Origin: Heptranchias perlo
Taxonomy: Eukaryota
DNA length: 64,000 bases
Assembly: GCF_035084215.1 (NCBI RefSeq)
Contig: NC_090351.1
Span: 33,728,001-33,792,000 of the forward strand
Direction of reading: 5' to 3'
The notes beneath the pieces were generated by a model. That model saw only the letters and a list, made by a program, of their open reading frames with translations, searched no databases and was not told where the DNA came from. How positions within the stretch are numbered: the stretch's first letter is position 1; the number at the start of each line of letters is the position of its first letter. This document shows positions 12,209 through 22,700 of the stretch, one piece after another. The position numbers were made by a program, and so were the translations under genes.

Positions 12209-13574
12209 CAGGTGACGAGTGAAGTGCTGGGACGATTGAAAATCGAGAAGTGCAGGACCTCAACTTAAATATATGTTTTACACCTTTGAATGTTCCTGAC
12301 ATGTGCTCCTGACGCCACCTCATCCAATATGGCGGGCGGCGCACTTCCGGCTGGAAATGTGCACGGGCCTTCTCTCCTCCATAATGGAGGCTTAGGAGGC
12401 CGTTTATACACGTTCATTGGGGCAGTATGCAGATGCCCATGACTCTGATATGTGGCATGCACTATGCAATTTATACAGGAATTTGGAAGTTAAGTCCTCG
12501 GAGCTTTGCTTCTCTTTTACTGGTGTATCTCTATTGTGATCAGACCATAAACGAGCAATAGTACTCCGCACAATTGAAACAGCTGGGTCAAAGCTCGTAT
12601 ATTGGCCTCTGGTCCCACATACCGTGAAGTTCTTTAACCACTCCATCCACGCTTAAGGGCTTGGTTCTAGTGTGAGCAAGAGACACTTCTCCAATTATCA
12701 GCATACCCATCACTATGGGCTTAGTAGGATTGAGGCAGATGTGAAGCTGAATCACCCAGGATCTCCCAAAAAAATGGATAACTATTAACATGAAATGTAA
12801 ACGGACATGTATATTTTACCTTCTATCAGTTACTTTACAAATCTTATGTGAGAAATGTTTTCGTGTTATATTTATTCTAATTGATACTTGTACTGACGCA
12901 GTTATGGTTGTGCTTATTTTTATTACTACATATTTATCTACGTTTGCAAAATTTATCAACATTAGTGAATAAATAGTTATGCATAGATGCCACAGTAAAA
13001 TATTATCAGTTTCAATTTTTAATGTGTAAATACTCCAGTTGTATGTACATTTAAAATTTCACCATGAGAATTGAAGACGGAAGGAAGCTGCATCTATTTT
13101 TTAAAAAAAACCTCTCCAATAACAATGAATAAAGCCGCACTCATTTATAAACAATGGCAAGAACTTGCACTGGATTTAGGTCAGCTCCTCTGTGTAATCC
13201 TGCAGACAGAGGCAGGAAGCTTTTCAGAAGCTGCTCCGCTGGCTCCTTACTGGTAAAACAGACACAGGCAGCTCCGTTAGTCTCACTTCCATTCATGGAA
13301 AATAATGGAACTGATGGGAGTGAAGTTGAGACGTATCAGTGCAATGAGAACGTAGTAAAGAGTAACATAGTTTCAGAAGAGGAAGATATTGTCAGAACAA
13401 CCTTCTTGACTTCTTTGAAAAAGTGGCACCCACAACTCTGGAAAGCCCTATGAGTTTCAAAAGACATTTGACAAAGTCCCTCATGAAAGGTTGTTAGTTA
13501 GACCCAAAGCTCTGGGAATTTGGGGTAAACCCTGGGAAAGGATCAGAAGCTGTCTGAATGGTAATGCTCATTGA

Positions 13575-14023
13575 AAAAGAACTTGCAATTATATAGCGTC
13601 TTTCATGACCACAGGATATCGCAAAGCATGTCACAGCCAATGAAGTATTTTTGAAACATATTTACTGTTGCAATGTAGGGAAATGCGGTAGCCAATTTGT
13701 GCACTGCAAGGTCCCACAAACCACGATTAGATGAATGAACGATAATCTGTTTTAATGATGTTGATTGAGGGATAAATATTGGCCAGGACACCAGGAGGAC
13801 TTTTCTTTGAATAGTGCTATGGGACCTTTTACATCCACCTGAGAGGGCAGACGGGGCATCAGTTTAACATCTCACCCAAAAGATGGCACCTCCGACAATG
13901 CAGCACTCCCTCAGTGCTGCACCGGGAGTGTTAGACTGGATTATGTGCTCAAGTCCTGGAGTGGGGCTTGAATCCACGACTTTCTGACTCGGAGGCGAGT
14001 GTTGCCGCTGAGCCAAAGCTGAC
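13575..14023 (-). mobile_element. Deu-domain SINE copy
   Basis: Reverse complement of the 4423-4872 family. Confidence 0.75.
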
Positions 14024-14236
14024 CCCTTGGAGGAATTATGTTATGGTGGAATGGTGGGGGGAGGGGAGGGCTACTGAGTGGAGTGCTGCAAGGCTTGCTA
14101 TTGGGACCACTACTATTTCCCACTTACATAATTGATCTGGGTTCAGAAACTCAATGCAAATTGGTTAGATTTGCTGATGATACCAAATTGGGTGGGGTAG
14201 TGGAAATGGAGGGAACGACTCAGAAGTTACAGAATG

Positions 14237-14700
14237 GGGGTAATTTTAACTCCTCAGGATGGGCAGGGCGGGAGAAGGTGAGGGGGTTAAAATAAAAAAG
14301 TGGGAAACCCGATTTCAATCCTCTTCCAACGTGCCCACCTCCAGTTTTAACGGACGCAGGTTGGGGGGCGAGGGACTAACCTGCTCTCCGGAGATGAGTC
14401 CGTCCTTAAGATACTTTAATGAGGCTGCTCGCCTCGAATTTAACCTGCGTTCCACATTTAACACCTGGGAGTTTTCCTGGAAAACCGGCAGTTGAAGTGG
14501 GTGAGGACAGGTGGATGGAACAGGTAAGTGCTTTTCCAGCACTGCTTGTGGGCCAGGAGGAGCAGGAGTGCTTCCCCCGACCCACCAAGCTACCCTGTAA
14601 ACCTCCCCCTCCCCCTCCTCCTCCCCCTCCCCTGAGTGATCGGACCCTCGACATCTGACACCCCCCCCCCCATATTTGACCTCTGATGTCAGGCAGAACC
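14237..14700 (+). mobile_element. Left part of a non-autonomous Harbinger-like TIR element
   Basis: Starts GGGGGTAATTTTAAC; shares the block tgcttgtgggccaggaggagcagga with the complete element at 32729-33593. Confidence 0.6.
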
Positions 14701-14711
14701 TCCTGAGCTCT

Positions 14712-16372
14712 AATGTCCGACTCCCCCCCCCACCCCACCACCATGTCAGACTCTCCCCTACCCCCCAACCATGTCCGACTCCCCCCCCACCATGTCCGAC
14801 TCCCCCCCCACCATGTCCGACTCCCCCCCCACCATGTCCGACTCCCCCCCCCACCATGTCCGACTCCCCCCCCCACCATGTCCGACTCACCCCCCACCAT
14901 GTCCGACTCCCCCCCCACCATGCTCGACTCCCCCCCCCCCCCACCATGTCCAACTCCCCCACCCCCCACCATGTCCGACTCTCCCCCACCACCATGTCCG
15001 ACTCCCCCCCCCCCCCCACCATGTCCGACTACCCCCCCCCACCATGTCCGACTCCCCCCCCCCACCATGTCCGACTCCCCCCCCCCCACCATGTCCGACT
15101 CCCCCCCCCCCCCCCACCATGTCCGACTCCCCCCCCCCCCACCATGTCCGACTCCCCCCCCCCCCCACCATGTCCGACTCCCCACCCACCATGTCCGACC
15201 CCCCCCCAACCATGTTCGACTCCCCCCCCACCATGTTCGACTCCCCCCCACCATGTCCGACTGCCCCCCCACCATGTCCGACTCCCCCCCCCCCACCATG
15301 TCCGACTCTCCCCCCCCCCCCCATGTCCGACTCCCCCCCCCCCACCATGTCTGACTCCCCCCCCCACCACATCCGACTCCCCCCCCCCCCACATCCGACT
15401 CCCCCCCCCCACGATGTCCGACTCCCCCCCTCCACGATGTCCGACTCCCCCCCCCCCCCCCTCCACGATGTCCGACTCCCCCCCCCCCTACGATGTCCGA
15501 CTCCCCCCCCCCCTACGATGTCCGACTCCCCCCCCCACGATGTCCGACTCCCCCCCCACCCCACCATGTCCGACTCCCCCCCCCACCATGTCCGACTCCC
15601 CCCCCCCACCATGTCCGACTCCCCCCTCCCCCCATCATGTCTGACTCACCTCCCCCACCATGTCCGACCCCTCCCCCCACCATGTCCGACCCCTCCCACC
15701 ATGTCCGACCCCTCCCCCCATGTCCGGGACATCCCCCCCCACCATGTCTGACTCCCCCCCCACCACGTCCGACTCTTCCCCCCCCCACCCCGCCATGTCC
15801 GACCCCCCCCCACCCCGCCATGTCCGACTCTCCCCCCCCCCACCATGTCCGACTCTCCCCCCCCACCATGTCCGACTCTCCCCCCCCCCCCCCACCACGT
15901 CTGATCCTCCCCCCCCCCACCACATCCGATTCTACCCCACCCCACCATGTCCGATTTTCCCCCCCCACCACGTCCGACTCTCCGCCCCCCCCACGACCGA
16001 CTCCCCCCTCACCATTTCCTGCCCCTCCCCCCATGTCCGACACCCCCCCACCATGTCCGACTCTCCCCCCCCCCCCCCACCATGTCTGACTCCCCCCCCA
16101 CCACGTCCGACTCTTCCCCCCCCACCCCGCCATGTCCGACCCCCCCCCACCCCGCCATGTCCGACTCTCCCCCCCCCCCCCACCATGTCCGACTCTCCCC
16201 CCCCACCATGTCCGACTCTCCCCCCCCCCCCCCCCCAACATGTCCGACACCCCCCCCCCCCCATCTCCAAGTTGGACATGGGGGGGTCCCCATGTCCAAC
16301 TCCCCCCCACCATATCCAACACGCCCCCTCCCCCATGTACGACTCTGCCCCCATCCCCACCATATCTGACTC
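14712..16372. repeat. C-rich minisatellite, unit ~CCACCATGTCCGACTC(C)n, ~19-26 bp
   Basis: Dozens of tandem units with variable poly-C length; source of the spurious Pro/Gly ORFs. Confidence 0.97.
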
Positions 16373-16387
16373 ACATGAATGGTTTTC

Positions 16388-16705
16388 CTAAAAAGTAATG
16401 GTAGCATAAGTTGCCTGTTCAGAGTCCTGTGGATTATCAAATGATGGTTTTTCTCTATTTTTCTTTGGAGGTTGGCTTTGAATCTGCACAGCAGCGTAGG
16501 TGACACTGTCCTTGTTGTTAATTGAACATTTTGCCACCTCAACGCTCTGTGCTGGTGATTTCTTTTGAATCTGCACTTCTGCATATGTGATTTCATTTTC
16601 ATCATTTTTCAACTGGGCAGTACCCTTGGTGAGCATTTCTACTGAGCTTCTTCGAATACGCTGCACATTTGCATAGACTATGCTTTCTTCTGTTGCTGCC
16701 AATTG
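16388..16705 (-). CDS. Gene A exon 7, ITIM-bearing cytoplasmic tail
   Basis: Acceptor tttttgttttag; ORF with IVYANV, ITYAEV, VTYAAV (consensus [ILVS]xYxx[ILV]) and C-terminal ATYATITF*. Confidence 0.88.
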   Translation of the reverse strand, partial: QLAATEESIVYANVQRIRRSSVEMLTKGTAQLKNDENEITYAEVQIQKKSPAQSVEVAKCSINNKDSVTYAAVQIQSQPPKKNREKPSFDNPQDSEQATYATITF

Positions 16706-19700
16706 CTAAAACAAAAAGTACAAGATCCAATTTATTTCTGATTAACTTGAATAGCGATTTGTGCTGTTACGATGTGAAATCTTGCTCTAGATCATTACAA
16801 ATCAGTTAACAGTAAGCTTTTTAATTTTTCAAAGAGTATGATACCGCCTTACATATCACCATCTCATAGGTGAAGCAGTCGTGATCCTAATCAATATTAA
16901 CTATATTTACAACAGCACCTTGCATTTATATAGCACCTTCAACATAGTAAAACGTCCCAAGACGCTTCACAGGAGTGTAATCAGACAAAAATTGATATCG
17001 AGCCAAAGAGCGAAACATTAGGACAGGTGATCAAAAGCTTTTAAGATTTTAAAGCAAAAAGATTTTAAGGCGCATCTTCGAGGAGGAGCGAAGTGGAGAG
17101 GGAATTCCAGAGCTTAAGCCTAGATGGCTGAAGGCACAGCCGCCAATGGTGGGGTTAAGGGAATGGGGGATACAAAAGGCCAGAGTTGGAGGAACACAGA
17201 GTTTTGAAGAGTTGTAGGGCTGGAGGAGGTTAAGATGTTAAAATAATGTCGGTGCAACTTCCTGGCCCAAAATCCTAATTTCCTGTTTCAAAATTTTTGA
17301 GTAATGCTTTTATATCAACATTTCAAGTCAACAATTGGAAATTCCCTATTTCCCACTGTCAACGTTGGGCTGTCATGTTCCAAGCCATATTTTGACCTGA
17401 ACCCTGCTCTTGAAGTACCTTGAGCAATGCCAACTGAGGTTACTAGTTTAAAAAATATTTTAAAACTTTGAGGCTTCACCCTTATGGGTCACAAGGTTCT
17501 CAACAGTCTAAGTAATGTGCTGTTTGTCTCACAAAGGAAAACAAAACTCAGTATTTAGCTCCCTGTTTGGGATAGTGTAGCATGTCTGTTGTGTTGTAGG
17601 TTATGTGGAGTGTTATAGAAGAAGTTCAAGTCTAGAAATGCTACTTTGTTCAGTCATGTGTATTCTCCAAAATAAACCATCTTTGTGATTTTACATCGAC
17701 GCTTCAGGGAGATGAGGTCAATCAGTCCCCCTAACAGAAGATTGGAGAAGCCCAACATCCAGATCAATAAACAAGAGGGGCTCATTGTTGCATAAGAACA
17801 TAAGAAATAGGAGCAGGAGAAGGCCATACAGCTCATCGAGCCTGCTGCATCATTCAATCAGATCATGGCTGATCTACGACTTCAACTCCACTTTCCCGCC
17901 CGATCCCCATATCCCTTGATTCCCCTAGAGTCCAAAAATCTATCGATCTCAGCCTTGAATATATTCAATGACTCAACATCCACAGCCCTCTGGGGTAGAG
18001 AATTTCAAAAGTTCACAACCCTTTGCATGAAGAAATTCCTCCTCATTTCAGTCTTGAATGGCCGACCCCTTATCCTGCGACTATGCTCCCTAGTTCTAGA
18101 CTCTCCAGCCAGGGGGAACAATCTCTCAGCATCTACTCTGTCAAGCCCCATCATAATCTTATATGTTTCAATGAGATCACCTCTCATTCTTCTAAACTCC
18201 AGAGAGCATTGGCCCATTCTACTCAACCTCTCTTCATAGGAAAACCCTTTTATCCCAGGAATTAATCTAGTGAACATTCGTTGCACCGCCTCCAAGGCAA
18301 GAATATCCTTCCTTAGATAAGGAGGTCTCACTAAAGCCCTGTACAACTGTAGTAAGACTTCCTTACTGTTGTACTCCAACCCCCTTGCAATGAAGGCCAA
18401 CATGCCATTTGCTTTCCTAACTTTTTGTGTTACGTTGTCATACATCTAGACGCTGCATAGCCAAAGTAAACTCCAAATTGTAAAGGATGCAGTTCCACTA
18501 TTGGGAGAGACTGGTGATGCTAACATGAGGGAATATCTATGGCAGACCAGAAATTTGCAACGTTTTCACTGGTATAGTACAGTCTTTGGAAAAGAGGAGA
18601 CAGATGACGAAATTGAGATTTTTAAGATTATGAAGCTAATTGCCAATATCGACCCAGTCAAATTATTCACTATTGCAAAAGGTTCAAATACTAGGGATGT
18701 CATGTTGAAAATGAATAAGGTAGCAAGTCAGGTCAAACTTTCTGCACTCAATGGAGTTGTTGAAAATATTACTAGGAAAGACTAGTGATAAATAGATTGA
18801 AAAAAACAATTAGATGTATTTTGGAGGGGGAAAGGATTGACAGATATAGTGAGAAAGTAGGTAGTTGAGGTCAACCTATGAGAACGGAACAGATGGGCTG
18901 GCTGGGCCTGAGGGCCTTTTCCTGTTATTAAAAGTTCTTTTCTAATTTTGCGTTAGTACTTGAGAATGTAGAATGAGAAACGTCATCAAATCCAAAGACC
19001 GGGTTACACAATTAACAAAGTCTCACTTCTAACCTATGAGTCAAGGCCAATCTCCCTTTGTGCCCGTCAGTAATGATATTAAAGATTGGAGCCAATCCAA
19101 GGATATCCAATTTTGCGAATATTATTCAGAGAATTCATATTTAATATTCTTACCTGAGTATCATTAAGAGTGTTGTCTCCTCCATTGTTTGTATCTGAAA
19201 AAATACAATGTTACTGTTAAAAGAGCTATAACAGGAATGGTTAATACTTTTAAAATGTCCAAACTGAGCACATGTTCCAGCGTGCATAACTGTACATTCA
19301 TGTGAACCTCATCTGAAATTTTAAATTTGAGATCGGTAGATTTTTGCTAGCCAAGGGTATTAAGGGATATGGAGCCAAGGCGGGTGGATGGGGTTAGGAT
19401 ACAGATCAACCATGATCTCATTGAATGGCAGAATAGGCTTGAGGGGCTGAGTGGCCTACTTCTGTTCCTATGTTCCTATCTGCATTGCACCGACAATTCC
19501 CCTACATAGAGCGAAAAATTGATCTGCTCATTATACGTAATATTCAGAATGGAGGTAACTTTCAGCTTCACTGTCTGACAGAGCAGATCACCCCGTCCAT
19601 TGCTTCCTACGAGGCGCTCTGTCAGATTATCGGCCAGGGGGTGAAGATGAAAATTACCCCCCATGTGTTTAGGGTTTTGCGACACAATTCTTCCCTGAAA

Positions 19701-22700
19701 ATGAGCTCCTGATCTGATGTGCCATCAGTGGGAGGCCAAACAGTTCATCACTGGGAGAAATCAAAGAGATTGTCACCTAATGAGTCTCAGTCCCTGAAGC
19801 AACTGGCTCAGAAGCAGCATTGGTGGCAGAAAACCCATCCACCTTGTTGGACCATGAATAGCATTTTGTTGCAAAGGACCATGGCTGTTTGTGGCAGCTC
19901 TTTGCTGGAGCAATCCAAAACTAGTACTACTGCCCTGCTCTATCTTCATTGGTTTGCATCTCCCTCTGCTTCAAATCTTAATCCAATTTTCCCTTCAAAA
20001 ATGCAATGGTCTCCCTGTGACAAAGCAATTCAACAATCCTCTGAATAATAAAACTTCTCCTCACTCTCTTGGTAATAATTTTAAATTGATGCCTCCTCAC
20101 CAGTGACTCAGCAGAACAAAATAATTTTTCCCTATTCACTCGATCAGAACTGTTCATGACTTTAAAAACCTCCGTTAAACGAAAAGGGGAAGGGAAGAAA
20201 CTATGAAGTAACTGAGGAAAAAAAGGGAAAAAGTAACTAATTTTTGTTAATAACGTCTAATTTGAAGGAGCAAGGATGATTGTAAACTTGTGTGATAAAC
20301 ATGAGGACCAGATTTAATAAATCAACAACTTTAAACACCCGTCTCCTGATGAAAAAGTTAGGGGATGGCTTCGACCAGAGGCCTGCTGAAATTGTACGCT
20401 CACTGGAAGTTAAGAGATGTGAAGCACTGGTCAATTTGACGAAACCCTTCTGTTATTGCACCATCTGTGGCGAGAAATGCAACATCTGTTCACACAACCG
20501 CTTCCTCTTGAACTGACAAGCAGCTTCAAGATTGATTTGCCTTCAAGAAGGCAAGGATATTAAGGGTTACAGAACCAAGACGGGCAGATAGGGTTAATAT
20601 ACAGATCAGCCACAATCTAATTGAATGGCGGAACGGGCTAGAGGGGCTGAACAGCCTACTCCTGTTCCTGTGTTCCTATGATTTCTTCAGATTTCAAAAC
20701 AGTAACAATAGGTGAAAAATTAGAAGGTTATTGGTTTTATCAGATGTTATAAAGTTCTTGTGATGTTATCTCTGCTTTAATTGACAAACTGGAACATCCC
20801 AGCCAGTACTTGTCATCTTTAGGGCTCAGCCTTTGGAATTTCACTTCTGGATTTAGCTTCAGATGTCAAAGCCCAACACATCAGGTTTCCTGCAGGATTG
20901 GCTTCAGACAATCAATCAAACTTGAACTAATGTTCGAATCAACATCTAATTTTTCAGAGTTGGTATCACAAGGAAATTTAGATCAGCAATTATTGCTGAC
21001 AGGGATTTGGTTCACATGCCTTATGCACTCATACTGAAAGATCACTGACTGAAAAATTTCTCCTCCTATGACTAGGGGAAGGACTGGCTTGGTATTTAAA
21101 CACATCTAATTATTAAAAAAAATTACTCTTACAACATACAGTCCCAAAGAGAATCCAGCAACCACTTGAGTAAAAAGGAAACATTCCAATATTGGTCATC
21201 TGACTCCGTAACTAATTCTCTTAAAGAGGAAATATCGGTCCTGTATTTGACTGTAATTTATTACAATTGGGTCGAATCAGAAAAATTTAGCTCATTAAAT
21301 CCTCACAACTTTCAATTACAACAGACAAGTCCCAAAAGCTCAGCCTCACAGTTGAAAGACCAAGGCCCATATAAATCTCACTTCTACCCAATCACTGTGT
21401 GTCATACACCTCTATCATCCTAAAGCCATGTTGACATTTGCTTCCTGAAGAGCTCAGGGGAATATTTGCTGTTTTCTAGTTACAGTAACAACTTAATTAT
21501 TCTTCCATGTGTAATACATCTAGACTAGATTGTGTGGAACGCTGCAATCACAGGTGTTTGTTGTGTTGGCTAGGGGCTGCAGAAGGTAACCTGAGATGTC
21601 AGCTGCTGATACACAGGCAGGAACGACTTTTGAACTAAAGTAACCTGAGTTCTGTCCTGGCCTCAGCTGGCTGGAACCGGTTTGAATTAACCAAGTTTTG
21701 TGAAAGACAAAGGAAACGTGATAAGACACAAGTCCTTATTTTGAAAAGGATTAATGAGGTAATGCTACCTAAGTCCTTGGGACAGAGCCAATGAGGAGAA
21801 GACCCAGGCAAAAAGCGAGCAGGCCTAAACCAAAGGGAGAGAGACAGCACAGCTTGAAGAGATAAGATTCGGAATAAGAATGAAGGATCTGGGGCGTGGA
21901 GTCAGAGCGAAGACTCCGGAGACCAACCATCGCAGAAGTGGAAGACCCTACGTCAGGGACATAGAGATGACGTCGAAAGAGAGAGAGAACGGAATGCCTG
22001 GCCAGCGTCAGCTCTCCTTTTCGGGTATTATCCTTTATATTCTGTGACCACTCAGGGAGTGTCAGAGAAACCTAGTGTGTGTGCGTTTAGATCTTAGTTT
22101 GGGTATAAGACTATAACCTGGTGTAAATTGCATGTCTATATCTAACCAGACGTATAACCAAATGTATATGATCTAACGGCGTGAATAAAGTGAATTGAGA
22201 GTTAAGAGAGAATTGACTCTTCTCCTCTGTGTACTAAGCCAATAACCGTAACCGGTGACCTCCGGTCAACAGTTGATTACAACAAACTATGTTCTCTTAA
22301 TATTCTGCAGTAAACTATTGACATATAATGAAATGATTAAAGAAAAATAGAAACTCACCCTTGTTTTTTTGCTTCAGGTACAAAAGTAGACAAACAGCAA
22401 GCAAAACGATAAGGCCCCCCAGCACACCGAGCACAATGTAAATCAAACTGTGGTATGGAGAATAGGAAAAGGTCAGCTGGTTCTCAATTGATTCTTAGCT
22501 ATTTGTTTAAAGAAAGAAAGACTTGCATTTATATAGTGTCTTTCATGACCTCAGGACGTCCCAAAGCTCTTTACAGCCAATGAAGTACTTCTGAAGTATA
22601 GTCACTGTTGCAATGTACCAGCCAATTTGCGCACAGCACGATCCCACAAACTGAAATGTGATAATGACCAGATAATCTTTACTTTTATAGTGATGTTGGT

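Noticed and set aside
14712-16372. CRISPR-like repeat array
   Set aside because: Intervening sequences are only variable poly-C runs rather than unique spacers; eukaryotic context with no cas genes.
14315-16605. Many long Pro-rich/Gly-rich ORFs (extensin-like)
   Set aside because: Artefacts of a stop-free minisatellite; open in nearly all frames on both strands.
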